A DNA stretch of 64,000 nt from Candidatus Latescibacterota bacterium. Its GTDB lineage: Bacteria > Latescibacterota > UBA2968 > UBA8231. The position numbers and the translations under genes are program-made. Positions 19,397 to 29,828 of this stretch are shown here, piece after piece (position 1 is the stretch's first letter; every line of letters starts with the position of its first letter). The notes under the pieces are model-generated. The model was not told the DNA's origin, did no database searches, and saw only the letters and a list, made by a program, of their open reading frames with translations. Where the stretch lies: positions 4,800,001-4,864,000 of the forward strand of contig CBDETY010000003.1 of the NCBI GenBank assembly GCA_965243025.1, read 5' to 3'.

Positions 19397-20182
19397 TCAA
19401 GCCGAGGCGCCGGAATAGTGGCGCACCCCGATCTTCCAGAACAGCCGCGAGACCACGAGCAGGACCAGGGCCAGCACCGCGGTACCGATCAGGAAATCCG
19501 CGGTGAGCCGCCCCACCAACGCCTGCGCCGGCACGGTAACCGCGAAGGTCACCGGGACGAGGAACGTAAGCGCCGCCCGCAGCCACCCCGGGTAGATGGT
19601 GACCGGCCAGCGCGCCGCCTCGTACATGCCGTGGAAGACCATCAGGATGTTCTCGATGCGGATGAACCAGAACGAGATGGTCGCCAGTATCAGCCAGAAG
19701 CTGTACATGATCACGCTCCCGGCTGACAGCGCGATACCGAACTTCACCGCCGCCTCCGGGCCGGCGCCCCGCCCCAGGTAGTACAGCGCCGCGGCGATGA
19801 TGACGGGGCCGGCGGCGACGTCGAGGAGGCGCCAGACCCGCACCTGGCCGACGCTGACCAGCAACTGCGCCTCCTCCGGCTTGGTCAGGGTGAAGTCGAG
19901 GGTCCCTTCCCGCACGTCTTCGATGAACCTCTCCATGCTCGGCTGAATCACCACGCCGATCAGCCCCCCCATCAGCACGAACACTCCCAGCAGCGCCACT
20001 ATTTCGGCGGGCTGCCAGCCGTTGAGATCGTCCGTATGGCCGAAAACGACGGCGACCGCCCCTATCGACCAGGCGAAGTTGAAGCCGGTCTTGAACAGCT
20101 GAAGCAGGAAGTTCGCCCGGTACTGCAGCTCGTTGAGCAGACCGATGCGAAAGAAGACGCAGAGCAGCCGCAGGATGCTCAT
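19397..20182 (-). CDS. ABC-2 type permease (DUF990-like)
   Basis: QYRANF, V.EGTLDF.LTKP, ARWP.TIYP motifs; ATGA overlap with the upstream permease. Confidence 0.85.
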   Translation of the reverse strand: MSILRLLCVFFRIGLLNELQYRANFLLQLFKTGFNFAWSIGAVAVVFGHTDDLNGWQPAEIVALLGVFVLMGGLIGVVIQPSMERFIEDVREGTLDFTLTKPEEAQLLVSVGQVRVWRLLDVAAGPVIIAAALYYLGRGAGPEAAVKFGIALSAGSVIMYSFWLILATISFWFIRIENILMVFHGMYEAARWPVTIYPGWLRAALTFLVPVTFAVTVPAQALVGRLTADFLIGTAVLALVLLVVSRLFWKIGVRHYSGASA

Positions 20183-20982
20183 GCTCCCACCGCCGAGTAT
20201 CTCTTCACGGCGCGGTTCCAGGACAGGCTCAGCACGGCCAGCGCCAGGACCAGCCACGCCCCCTGGGCGATGAAGCCGTCGACCGCTTCCCGCGGGGTCA
20301 GGCGCCCGAGAAGGAGCTCGACGGGAAACGCCACCATCCACTTGAAAGGCAGCACCCCCGCGGCTTTCTGCACCCACTCCGGCATCAGCGACAGCGGCGC
20401 CATCCTGCCGGCCAGGAAGGTCACCGCGATGAAGTAGACCTGGTTCAGACCGGAAGTGTCGGTGATCCAGAAGGCGAGAAGGGCAACCGTCCACTCGACG
20501 AGAAAGCGGACGAGAAAGGCGAGCACGAGGGCGGGCAGAAAAGCGCCCCATGCCCAGGCCGAAGACGGGAACGACGGTTCGAAGAACCAGACGAGGAAGG
20601 CGGCGACCGGAAGCATGACCGACAGGGTCAGCAGCTTGTACGACACGTTCTCGGACAGGTCGCGGTGCAGCGGGTGCAGGGGCTGCAGCAGAATTGGGGA
20701 AAAGGAGCCGCTGCGGACGCGCCATCCCATCTCGAACATGTGCCAGTCGAAGGTCACGTGACTGACCAGCATGAAGGCGATGTAGTAGGCGGCCAGCGCG
20801 CCCTTGTCGAAGTCGCCGACGGTGCCCCCCCGGGCCTCGGCGACCGTCAGCCAGACCACGAGGTAGACGACCGGTTGCAGCACCCCGAAGATGAGGTAGA
20901 TCAGCATCGCCGCCCGGTACTGCATCATCACCGCCAGGTCGGTCTTCACCAGGACGCCGTAGATGCGGCCCAGGGCGGTCAT
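20179..20982 (-). CDS. ABC-2 type permease (DUF990-like)
   Basis: MQYRAA, VRSG.FS..LLQP, AGRMAPL..MP motifs; ATGA overlap with the ATPase. Confidence 0.85.
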   Translation of the reverse strand: MTALGRIYGVLVKTDLAVMMQYRAAMLIYLIFGVLQPVVYLVVWLTVAEARGGTVGDFDKGALAAYYIAFMLVSHVTFDWHMFEMGWRVRSGSFSPILLQPLHPLHRDLSENVSYKLLTLSVMLPVAAFLVWFFEPSFPSSAWAWGAFLPALVLAFLVRFLVEWTVALLAFWITDTSGLNQVYFIAVTFLAGRMAPLSLMPEWVQKAAGVLPFKWMVAFPVELLLGRLTPREAVDGFIAQGAWLVLALAVLSLSWNRAVKRYSAVGA

Positions 20983-21968
20983 GGCGCCTCCTGCGCGAAC
21001 ACCTGTTCGATCACTCCCTCGATCGGCGGATCCTCGACCGTGAGGTCGGCCACCGGCAGCTCCGCCAGCAGCTCTCCGGTGACGCGCGCGGTCTCCTCCT
21101 TGGGCACCAGCAGGGTATGCCGCAGCCCTTCGCTGGCGACCATCTCCCCGAACCGGGTGACGTCGATTCCTTCCCTTTCCAACTCGACGACAATCGTCTT
21201 GTGGGGAGCGAAACCCGCCACGAGGTCGGCGAGATCGCCGTCGAACAGCAGCTGCCCGTGGTGGATGACGACGACGCGCTGGCAGAGGGCTTCGACGTCG
21301 GCCATGTAGTGGCTCGTCAACAGGACGGTGGCGTTGAAGATCCGGTTGTACTCGGCGATGAAGGCGCGAATGCGGCGCTGCATGGTGACGTCGAGTCCGA
21401 TGGTCGGTTCGTCGAGAAAGAGGATCTTGGGCCGGTGCAGCAGCGCCGCGGCGATTTCGCACTTCATCCGCTCCCCGAGGGAGAGGTTGCGCACCGGTTT
21501 GTCGAGCAGCTCTCCGAGCTCGAGCAGGTCGGTCAGGCCTGCCACCGTCTCCCGGAACGACGCGGACGGCAGCCGGTAGATGGCGCGGTTGCGCTCGAAG
21601 GAATCGGAAACGGGAATGTCCCAGATCAGCTGGTTGCGATTTCCCATGACCAGGGTGATCTGCCTGAGGAAATCGCGCTCGCGGCGGTACGGCTCGTGGC
21701 CGAGAACGGATGCCTTCCCGGCGTCGGGATTGAGCAGGCCGGACAGCATCTTGAGAGTCGTCGTCTTGCCGGCCCCGTTGGGCCCCAGGAAGCCGACCAC
21801 CTCTCCGGCGGCGACGGAGAAGGAGATCTCCCTTACCGCCTCGACGTCGCGGGTCTCGCGTCTGAAGATGCTCCTGAAGGCGTTGGCCAGGCCCGGTTGG
21901 CGGACCGGAACCCGGTAGGTCTTCGACATACCGTCGACGGCGATCATGGGCGCGTGGTTTTCAGTCAC
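20979..21968 (-). CDS. ABC transporter ATP-binding protein
   Basis: GPNGAGKTT, LSLGERMK, LFLDEPTIGLD and LLTSHYM motifs. Confidence 0.95.
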   Translation of the reverse strand: MTENHAPMIAVDGMSKTYRVPVRQPGLANAFRSIFRRETRDVEAVREISFSVAAGEVVGFLGPNGAGKTTTLKMLSGLLNPDAGKASVLGHEPYRRERDFLRQITLVMGNRNQLIWDIPVSDSFERNRAIYRLPSASFRETVAGLTDLLELGELLDKPVRNLSLGERMKCEIAAALLHRPKILFLDEPTIGLDVTMQRRIRAFIAEYNRIFNATVLLTSHYMADVEALCQRVVVIHHGQLLFDGDLADLVAGFAPHKTIVVELEREGIDVTRFGEMVASEGLRHTLLVPKEETARVTGELLAELPVADLTVEDPPIEGVIEQVFAQEAP

Positions 21969-22022
21969 TGCATTCTTCTCCCGGTTCGAGCCGCTTGCTT
22001 CCCGCGGCGGCCGGTTTCGAGG

Positions 22023-25000
22023 CTACTCCCTTTTCAGGGCCGGCAGCAGCCGCTGGCGCAGGGCAAACCCCGAAGCGGCCGCTCCCGCTGCAACCCCGAA
22101 CGCCAGCACCGCCGCCAGGGTCACGGCCAGCGATCCCCAGGGCACTCCGCCCAGGTGCCCTGCGAGGTGGGGGGCGACGGCGACGAGGGCGGCAACGGTT
22201 CCGATGGCGCCCCCGGCCAGCAGCAGGAACGCATTCTCCAGCACCAGGATGCTGCGCAGGCGGGCGCGGCTGAACCCGCAGGCGCGCCAGGCCGCCAGCT
22301 CGCCGCTGCGCTCGATGGCGTTGCGCAGCAGCACCAGGGCCAGCCCGACCGTTCCCAGCAACAGCCCGAGCCCCCCCAGGGTCTGGAAGGTCGAAAGGTA
22401 GGTGTTCTCCACCGCCCCGAAGCGCGCCAGCAGGGACGCGGTGCCCGTCGCCTCGAGGCCGTACGCCTGCAACCGCCGCTCGAGGAGGGCGGCGGTCTCG
22501 TCCGGCTCCTGCTGTCCCCCCTCGACGAGGAAGTACCGGTAGCCTTCGGCGCCCGGAAAACGGCGCTTGAACTGCTCCTCCGATACCAGGATCTCGCTCT
22601 GGAAGATGCTGCCCTGGAGCAGCCCGACCAGGCGCAGGCTCAGCTCGCCTCCGGCCTCGTCGGCGAGGAGGATCTCCTCCCCGAGGCCGGAGTGGAGGAT
22701 CCAGCGCACGGAGTTGTAGTCGCCGATCGCCGGCACCACCCCGGGCTCTAGCTCTTCGTTGAGCAGCTCCCAGGGGTTGGACCCGGCTTCCGGGGCAACC
22801 TGCGCGAAGCGGAAACCGCCGCGCTCGATGAAGTCCGCCGGCAGGCCGAGCAGGGTGGGCCGCGCCGGTTTGTAGAGGTTGAGGCAGCTCGCGTCCTCTC
22901 CGGGAGAGCCGCGCAGGCGGAAGATCCGGGAGCCGTCGAGCCGGGCCCGCTCCTCCGGCGTGAACCCCTCCTCGATCAGCGCGTCGCCGCTGTCGAGATC
23001 GGCGAACACCGGGATGTCGGATTTCGCCCTCACCGCGTAGCCGCCGGTTCCCGAGTCCTTGGCGAGCGCGTCCGGCCCCGGCAGGCCGGCGCGGCGGTTG
23101 GCCGCCACCGCAACGATCGCGAAGCAGGCGCAGGCCACCAGGCCGGCGGCGAGCAGGCTGCGCCCCGGCTGGCGCCGCGTCGATGTGACCGCCAGCCCGA
23201 GGGTCGACAATGGCGGCCCGGAGGCGGGGCTTCCTCCTGCTCTCAGCCAGCTCGCAAACCCGGCCACCCCGGCGGCGAGGAGCAGCGCCCCGCTGGCGAA
23301 GAAGAGGCCGCTGGCTGCCGTGACCGAGGCAAGCGATCCGGCTGCGGACAGGGCGAGCGCCGCGGCCGCAGCCCCGGCGGCGAACAGGAACGCCCCCCTT
23401 CCGCGGCCGGCGAACGAACGGGAGGTTTCCCCGGCGAGCAGGGCGCGGGGCGCCAGGCGGCCGAGGCTCCTCACCGTCCAGGCGACGAGCGCGGCGGCGA
23501 CGATCAGCGAGGCGGCACAGCCGATGGCGAGGGTAGCCGGGGTGACGGTCAGGGACAGGTGCGAAGTGCCGACGGCATCGCGCCACAAGGTGCGCAGCCC
23601 GGCCATCATCAGCCCGGCGTATGCGGCGGCGCCCGCCGTTCCGACCAGGCCGCCGAGGGCGGCGACCGCCAGACCTTCCCCGAGGAACCGCCGGCGCACG
23701 CGGGCCAACGGCATTCCCACGGCGCGGAGAAGCCCCATCTCGCGGGCCCGCTGCTCGACCCCGAGACGGAACAGGAGCCCCGTCAGCATCGCCGCGGCGG
23801 CGATCAGGAACAGGCTGAAGCCGATGAAGAGCCCGCCGAAATCCGTTGCCCCCTCGGCTGCCTTCAGGCTGCGCTCGCGCACCGGAATGAAGCTCATCCC
23901 CAGGCGTTGCGGCTGCACGGCGGCGAGAAAGGCGCGCTCGAATTCCGCGGCCGCGGCGGCCGGCTCCTCCCCCGGCCTGGCGCCGAGTCGAAGGGAGGTG
24001 AGGCTGCCGTGGCGGCTGCCCCACAGCTTTTTCCCGGTGGCCTCGGAAACGAACGCTTTCGGCGCCGCCCCGTGCTCGTCCCAGTACGCCTCGTCCCTGG
24101 GCCGGATGCGGCCGAAATCGAGCGGGAACGGCGGCGACCAGGCGGACATGTCGCCGGCTTCCTGAATGCCGGGATAGCGGGGGGTCAGCTCGCGGTCGGC
24201 GGCGAGGCCGCGCATCTGCAGAACGGCGGCGACCCGCAGGCGGACGGAGTTTTCCGACAGCCGCTCCCCTTCGTCGACGACGAAGTACTCCAGGCGCAGG
24301 GAGTCCCCCGCGGCGACGGCGAGGTCCGCAGCCGCCCACCCGTCGAGGGCGATCTCACCTTCCCGCAAGGGCGGCAACGGCCCGCCGCCGGACAGCAGCA
24401 GCTCACCGAAACCGCCGCCGAAGGCGCTCTCCCCGAGAGCGGAGACCGTCGAGTACGGCAGCGAGCGCCCGCCCGCCGACAGGCTGTTGGCGAGGTAGGT
24501 GAAGACGGTCAGTTGCGGAATGCCCAGCTCGGAGGCGACCGCTTTTGCCAGATCGGCGGTCCCGTCATCGATGATGAACTGCTCGCTCTCGAGGGCGAAG
24601 ACGCCGCCCCCCGGCAGCTCCCGCAGCACCAGTCCGAGGTCGGTGAAAGCGAAGGCGGCTTTCAGGTCCCTTTGCAGGGCGTCGGAGGCGGCGGGGCCAG
24701 AGACCCCCGGATACCTGGCCAGCAGCCCGTTAGCCCTGCCCGGGAGTCCCAGCTCCCGCTGCAGGTCCCCCAGGTCGAGGTAGACGTTGTAGGGGGCGGC
24801 CTGGTGGGGATGCAGCCCGAAGCCGCCGGCCCCGCGGTCCGGCACGACCGCGGCGACGACCGCCCGCAGGGTCTGCACCACGTCCTCGGAGGAGCGGCGC
24901 CCGAACACGGTCGCGCGCGGCACCTCGGCGCGGCGGGGCAGCGCCAGCAGCACCGCGTCCCCGGGGCCGGCGCCGAGCTCTGCGGCCAGCCCGTTCAGAA

Positions 25001-25397
25001 TCGCGGACGGAAACGGTCCCTGTCCGTGGAACGCGGGAAGTCCCGCTTCTCCGAAAAAGGCGTTGAAGCGGCCGTCGACCCCGAGGACCTGCACCGAGGC
25101 GCGGGCCCCGGAGCCCGCGTGGGTCGCGGCCCCCTCGAGGAGGATGACCGGCGCCACTCCGGCGCCGGCGCCGCTCTGGTCGTCGATGGAAAGGTCCGCG
25201 GCGAGACCGTCCCGGAAAAAGCGGGGGGCCACGAGGGCGCAGTCGACGGACCCGAGGCGGTCGAGGACGAGGGAGCGGAGGCTGGCGCGCACCGAATCGC
25301 CGACCAGCAGGGCCCCGGTCAGCACCGCCGCGGCCACCGCGGCCCCGAGGGCGACCGCGGCGTTGATTTTCCAGTAGTGCGTCAGCGTCCGGCGCAT
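22023..25397 (-). CDS. Large FtsX/MacB-like ABC permease with duplicated permease domains
   Basis: 1124 aa; two FtsX-type motifs (VEQRAREMGLLRAVG; IERSGELAAWRACG) with large periplasmic loops. Confidence 0.88.
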   Translation of the reverse strand: MRRTLTHYWKINAAVALGAAVAAAVLTGALLVGDSVRASLRSLVLDRLGSVDCALVAPRFFRDGLAADLSIDDQSGAGAGVAPVILLEGAATHAGSGARASVQVLGVDGRFNAFFGEAGLPAFHGQGPFPSAILNGLAAELGAGPGDAVLLALPRRAEVPRATVFGRRSSEDVVQTLRAVVAAVVPDRGAGGFGLHPHQAAPYNVYLDLGDLQRELGLPGRANGLLARYPGVSGPAASDALQRDLKAAFAFTDLGLVLRELPGGGVFALESEQFIIDDGTADLAKAVASELGIPQLTVFTYLANSLSAGGRSLPYSTVSALGESAFGGGFGELLLSGGGPLPPLREGEIALDGWAAADLAVAAGDSLRLEYFVVDEGERLSENSVRLRVAAVLQMRGLAADRELTPRYPGIQEAGDMSAWSPPFPLDFGRIRPRDEAYWDEHGAAPKAFVSEATGKKLWGSRHGSLTSLRLGARPGEEPAAAAAEFERAFLAAVQPQRLGMSFIPVRERSLKAAEGATDFGGLFIGFSLFLIAAAAMLTGLLFRLGVEQRAREMGLLRAVGMPLARVRRRFLGEGLAVAALGGLVGTAGAAAYAGLMMAGLRTLWRDAVGTSHLSLTVTPATLAIGCAASLIVAAALVAWTVRSLGRLAPRALLAGETSRSFAGRGRGAFLFAAGAAAAALALSAAGSLASVTAASGLFFASGALLLAAGVAGFASWLRAGGSPASGPPLSTLGLAVTSTRRQPGRSLLAAGLVACACFAIVAVAANRRAGLPGPDALAKDSGTGGYAVRAKSDIPVFADLDSGDALIEEGFTPEERARLDGSRIFRLRGSPGEDASCLNLYKPARPTLLGLPADFIERGGFRFAQVAPEAGSNPWELLNEELEPGVVPAIGDYNSVRWILHSGLGEEILLADEAGGELSLRLVGLLQGSIFQSEILVSEEQFKRRFPGAEGYRYFLVEGGQQEPDETAALLERRLQAYGLEATGTASLLARFGAVENTYLSTFQTLGGLGLLLGTVGLALVLLRNAIERSGELAAWRACGFSRARLRSILVLENAFLLLAGGAIGTVAALVAVAPHLAGHLGGVPWGSLAVTLAAVLAFGVAAGAAASGFALRQRLLPALKRE

Positions 25398-26098
25398 CGC
25401 CCCTGGGTCAGCTCGATGCGCCGTTCACAGCGGGCGGCCAGCTCTTCGCTGTGGGTGACGACCACCAGGATGTTCCCCTCCTCCCGGTGCAGGGCGAACA
25501 GCAGTCCGGCAACCGACTCGGCGGTGGCCCGGTCGAGGTTGCCCGTCGGCTCGTCGCACAGCAGCAGGCGCGGGGAGTTGATCAGCGCCCTGGCGACGGC
25601 CACCCGCTGGCACTCCCCGCCCGACAGGGCGGCGCGGCGGTGATCAGCGCGGTCGCCGAGGCCGACGCGCTCCAGCAGTTCCCGCGCCCGCCGCTGCCTG
25701 GCGGCGTCCGGCCTGCCGAAGGCGAGCGCCGGGATCAGCACGTTCTCGAGGGCGGAGTACTGCGGCAGCAGGTGGTGGTCCTGGAAGACGAAGCCGATCG
25801 CCTCGTTGCGGAAGCGCGCCAGCTCCGGTTCGGCCAGGGCGAAGGGGTCGCGGCCGCCGATCTCCACGGCGCCGCCGGTCGGCTCGTCGAGGGTGCCCAG
25901 AATGTGCAGGAGAGTGCTCTTGCCCGATCCGGAGGGTCCGGTGACCGCCAGCGACTGGCCCGCCTCCAGGTCGAGGTCGATCCCGTCGAGAACGCGCAGC
26001 GGCTGCCCGCCCTGCTCGAACTGCTTGCGCAGCCCGCGGACCGCGAGCCGGAAGGTCTCGCCCCGGGAATCGCCGTCGGAACCGCGGTCTCCGCTCAC
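25382..26098 (-). CDS. ABC ATP-binding protein (LolD/MacB-like)
   Basis: GPSGSGKST, GFVFQDHHLL, LSGGECQRVAVARAL and DEPTGNLD motifs. Confidence 0.95.
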   Translation of the reverse strand: MSGDRGSDGDSRGETFRLAVRGLRKQFEQGGQPLRVLDGIDLDLEAGQSLAVTGPSGSGKSTLLHILGTLDEPTGGAVEIGGRDPFALAEPELARFRNEAIGFVFQDHHLLPQYSALENVLIPALAFGRPDAARQRRARELLERVGLGDRADHRRAALSGGECQRVAVARALINSPRLLLCDEPTGNLDRATAESVAGLLFALHREEGNILVVVTHSEELAARCERRIELTQGRCAGR

Positions 26099-26517
26099 GG
26101 CGGCGGCGCTTCCTCGAGCTGCGCGGCGACGATGGCGGGAATCTCGACCGACCGCATCGGCTCCCCCGGGTTGCAGATGCAGCAGGCCGACGAGATCTCG
26201 CCGCTGGCCAGCTTCTCCTCCCCCCTCCAGAAAGCGCAGGCGTAGGTCACCGACCGGGCGCTCAGGCGCGCCACCCGCAGGTGGATGTCGATTTCCTCCT
26301 CGAACCTCGCGGCGGCGTAGAACTCGCAGGAGGAGGCCATTCGCGGCCAGCTCACCCGGTCGCCCTCGAAATCCATGTGCACGCTGAGGCCGAGGGAGCG
26401 CAGGAAGGCGTGCTCGGCCTGCTCCATGAACACGTGGAAGCGGGAAAAGTGGACTATGCCGGCCGCGTCGGTGTCCTCGAACTCGACGCGGCGCCGGGTG
26501 CGGTACTCCGAGGCCAT
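26095..26517 (-). CDS. Hot-dog fold acyl-CoA thioesterase (4HBT/YbgC-like)
   Basis: RVEFEDTDAAGIVHF signature. Confidence 0.9.
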   Translation of the reverse strand: MASEYRTRRRVEFEDTDAAGIVHFSRFHVFMEQAEHAFLRSLGLSVHMDFEGDRVSWPRMASSCEFYAAARFEEEIDIHLRVARLSARSVTYACAFWRGEEKLASGEISSACCICNPGEPMRSVEIPAIVAAQLEEAPPP

Positions 26518-26523
26518 GGCTGC

Positions 26524-26994
26524 TTACGACCCCGGCCTGAAGAGGGTGACCAGGCAGCCGCCCCCCGCGGCCATGGCGATCCCGAGCAGGAACGGCCAGC
26601 TGAGGGCGCCGAGGCCGCCGGCGGGCGGGTGCAGGATCATCGCCGCGACGGCGTTGACGACCGGGGCGCCTGCGAACACGATCGCCATCACCACGGCCGG
26701 CGACCCCTTGGCGCCGAAGGCGAGCAGCACCCCGAAGGCCCCCAGCGCCCCGGCGGTTCCGGCTACAGTCGACAGGACGACCCCTTTGGCCGGGAAGTCC
26801 CAGTCGACGCCGTTGATCTTGAGCACCAGCAGCGAACCGAGGACGGCGGTCAGGAGATAGGCGACGCCGACGAACAGGAACGCCTTGTAACGGCCGTTGA
26901 CGGTATCGGCCATCGCCGTTTGTCCGCTGTGCAGCAGGACCCCGTACAGTCCCCAGGAAGCCACGGTGATGAAGGCGAACAGCAACCAGGTCAT
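26524..26994 (-). CDS. Conserved membrane protein (half EamA-like)
   Basis: MTWLLFAFITVASWGLYG..., about 5 hydrophobic helices, VMAIVFAGAPVVN; ATGA overlap with the GT4 gene. Confidence 0.75.
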   Translation of the reverse strand: MTWLLFAFITVASWGLYGVLLHSGQTAMADTVNGRYKAFLFVGVAYLLTAVLGSLLVLKINGVDWDFPAKGVVLSTVAGTAGALGAFGVLLAFGAKGSPAVVMAIVFAGAPVVNAVAAMILHPPAGGLGALSWPFLLGIAMAAGGGCLVTLFRPGS

Positions 26995-28322
26995 GCGATC
27001 TCCTCTCTGTGGACGGACCGGCGGGAAGGAACGAAGCGCTCGAACAGGGCGTGGGTGCCGGCGGCCATGACGTCGTCGCTGAAGCGCTCGCGAACCGCCT
27101 CGCTGCCGCTGGCGGCGAGCCGCTGGCGCAGAGCCTCGTCGTCGATCAGCCGCCCGATACCGGCCGCCACCGCTTCCGCCCTGGCACCCTCGGCGAGGAG
27201 GCCGCCCCCTGTCGCTTCGATCAGCTCGGGGAATGCCCCGTGGTCGGGCTGGACCACCGGCACGCCGTTGGCGAGCGCCTCGAGGACGTAGAGCCCCTTC
27301 GGCTCCCTGAACGGGGCCGGCACCGAGAGCACGTGAAGCTCCCGCAGGAAACGGATCTTCTGCGTCCGGTCCAGCACCCCCCGGTACTCGAAGCGCCCTG
27401 CGAGTCCGGCGCGCCGCAGCGTTTCTTCGACCTCCCTGAGATAGGGGCGGTCGCCGTCGCCGAGCCACCCGGCAGCGAGCAGTCTCACCGTTTCCGCACC
27501 GCGTTCTTCCGCGAGGTGTGCGAACGCCTCGGCGAGCACGTGCAGCCCCTTGTCCGGGCAGATCCGCGCCAGGAACCCGATAGTGAACGGCGTCTCCGAG
27601 GCAGGGGGAGCCGCTGCCTCCCCTTCGCCGTGTCCGCCGAGATGCAGGCCGAGCGGCACCACGTGGAAGCGGCCGCGCTCCACCTCGAGGTACCGCGACA
27701 TGAAGTCGGCGGCGTACCGGCAGGGGGCTACGAACCCGTCGGCGTCGGCGGCGCGCTCACGCAGCAGGTTCAGGGCTTCCGTCCGGAACGGCTCGACGAG
27801 CCCCTCGAGGAAGATCTCCTCCCCCTGCACCGCGCACACCACCGGCACTCCGAGGACGCTCTTCAGCCTCCCCGCCAGGCCGAGGAAGAGGCTGTTGGTC
27901 AGCAGCACGATATCCGGTCTGAAATCGGCGCGCAGCCACTCGACGAGCCGTTCGAGCTCGCGCCGCTGGTGGCCCTCCGGGCCGCGGAGCACCGACACGG
28001 TGAGGGCCCCGAGGTCGCCGGGCTGGGTCGCTCCCGAGAAGCGCGACACCCCTTTCAGCAGGGCGGGGCGCCTCAGGGCCCAGTCGACGAACCGGGGCAT
28101 GCGCCGGAAGGGCGGCAGCTTCTGCTCGAGAAAGACCCCGATGCCGCCGTAGAACACCTGTTTCATGCTGACGTCGGTTTCGTCGGTGCGCAGCGGGGTG
28201 TAGGTAGGCACCAGGGCGACGTCGACCCCGCGGCGCATCAGCGCCGCGGCGAGGGTGTTGTCGTGGATGCAGGCGCCGCAGTACATGCCCGCGGCCCCCG
28301 CGGTGATGTGGGCTACGCGCAT
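26991..28322 (-). CDS. Glycosyltransferase family 4 with an N-terminal Cys motif
   Basis: GFLARICPDKG, EPKGLYVLEALANGVPVV (ExxxxxxxE); N-terminal GAAGMYCGACIHD. Confidence 0.9.
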   Translation of the reverse strand: MRVAHITAGAAGMYCGACIHDNTLAAALMRRGVDVALVPTYTPLRTDETDVSMKQVFYGGIGVFLEQKLPPFRRMPRFVDWALRRPALLKGVSRFSGATQPGDLGALTVSVLRGPEGHQRRELERLVEWLRADFRPDIVLLTNSLFLGLAGRLKSVLGVPVVCAVQGEEIFLEGLVEPFRTEALNLLRERAADADGFVAPCRYAADFMSRYLEVERGRFHVVPLGLHLGGHGEGEAAAPPASETPFTIGFLARICPDKGLHVLAEAFAHLAEERGAETVRLLAAGWLGDGDRPYLREVEETLRRAGLAGRFEYRGVLDRTQKIRFLRELHVLSVPAPFREPKGLYVLEALANGVPVVQPDHGAFPELIEATGGGLLAEGARAEAVAAGIGRLIDDEALRQRLAASGSEAVRERFSDDVMAAGTHALFERFVPSRRSVHREEIA

Positions 28323-28355
28323 GGGGGAAAGAGAACTGCCATGCGGCGGACTTCT

Positions 28356-29828
28356 CTACGAACCGCCGCCATCCGGAAAGAAGCGCCGCAGCACCTCGGG
28401 CGCGGGCGGCTTCGTCAGCAGCGACCCGGCGACCATGGCGGCCGCCGACACCGCGAGGATGACGGCCACCGGCATGACCCCGCTGCCGCCGACGGTGTAC
28501 CCCGGGGTCTCCCATCCGAGGGAGAAGAACCAGGTCCAGAGCAGGACGACGCTGACGATCGAGGCGAAGGCGCCGGCTTTGGTGCTCCGCCGCCAGAACA
28601 GCGCCGCCAGGACCACCGGGAAGAGCGAGGCGAAACCGGTGAAGGACCAGACCGCGAGCTTGAAGATGCTGCGGTCGGCCACCTGCGCGAGGAGGAAGGT
28701 GACCACCAGGACCGCGGCGACGAAAAGGCGGCCGTACAGCACCTGCCGGCGCTCGCTCATGCTTTCTTCCCCGCCGTAGTGGCGGACGATGTCCTGGGTG
28801 AACATGGTCCCGATCGACAGCACCTGCGAGTCGAGGGAGGACATGACCGCGGCGAAGACCCCGGCCGCCAGCAGCCCCGCCAGCAGCTCGGGGGCGTGCA
28901 GGTCGATCATCTTCACCAGCACCGAGTTGGCCGCCGGCCCGGCGAGATCGGGGAAGTCGAGGCGCCCGGCGATGCCGAGGGTCACGCTCGGGATCCAGAC
29001 CGCGGCGATGCACAGGGGGTAGAACATCAGCGGGTAGCGGAAGGTGCGGGCGCTGCGCGCGGTCAGCCAGTGCATGAACATGTGCGGGAACATGCCGACC
29101 GACAGCGGAATGCAGGTGTAGGAAAGCCACTTGGCCGGCTCGATGTGCTCCGACCTGACCATCAGGTCGGGGTGGGCGGCGGCCACCGCGGACATCGCCG
29201 CCTCGAGGCCGCCCAGCTCCCCGAGGATGACGGCGAAGGCGACGCCGCCGAGCACCATGAAGACGAGAGTCTGGAAGGCGTTGGCCCAGGCGGTCCCGCG
29301 CAGCCCGCCGTAGCAGACGTAGGTCATCACCACCACGCAGACCAGAAGCCCGCCGACCCACTCGGGGACCTGCCCCTTGGTGATCTGGTGCAGGGTCAGG
29401 CCGCCTCCCATCACGCCGATCAGCAGGTAGGGGACGACGAGGGCGATCAGCACCGCGAACAGCAGCAGCCCCAGCCCGTCTGAGTCCCAGCGCCGGCGGA
29501 AGTACTGCACCTGGGTCAGGAAGCCGTGGCGCTTGCCGATCGCCCACAGCCGCGTGCCGACGAAGAAGAAGACGCAGGGAATCACCAGGGCGGAGGCGGA
29601 GGCCATCAGGCCGAACACCCCGATCCCCTCGTGGTAGGCTTCGCCCGAGGCCCCGAGGATGGCGAAGGCGGTCATGTTGGTGCCGAACAGCGACATCAGC
29701 AGCAGGAACGGACCGACGGTGCGGCTGGCGACGAAGTAATCCTCGCCGGTCCCCCTGAAGAGGCGGTGGCTCAGCCCCCCGACGAGGAGGACGAGCAGCA
29801 GGTAGACGAGGATGACGCCCAGGGTCAT
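28356..29828 (-). CDS. Sodium:solute symporter (SSS) family protein
   Basis: EDYFVASR, YGGLRGTAW, AAVMSSLDSQ motifs; about 13 TM segments. Confidence 0.92.
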   Translation of the reverse strand: MTLGVILVYLLLVLLVGGLSHRLFRGTGEDYFVASRTVGPFLLLMSLFGTNMTAFAILGASGEAYHEGIGVFGLMASASALVIPCVFFFVGTRLWAIGKRHGFLTQVQYFRRRWDSDGLGLLLFAVLIALVVPYLLIGVMGGGLTLHQITKGQVPEWVGGLLVCVVVMTYVCYGGLRGTAWANAFQTLVFMVLGGVAFAVILGELGGLEAAMSAVAAAHPDLMVRSEHIEPAKWLSYTCIPLSVGMFPHMFMHWLTARSARTFRYPLMFYPLCIAAVWIPSVTLGIAGRLDFPDLAGPAANSVLVKMIDLHAPELLAGLLAAGVFAAVMSSLDSQVLSIGTMFTQDIVRHYGGEESMSERRQVLYGRLFVAAVLVVTFLLAQVADRSIFKLAVWSFTGFASLFPVVLAALFWRRSTKAGAFASIVSVVLLWTWFFSLGWETPGYTVGGSGVMPVAVILAVSAAAMVAGSLLTKPPAPEVLRRFFPDGGGS

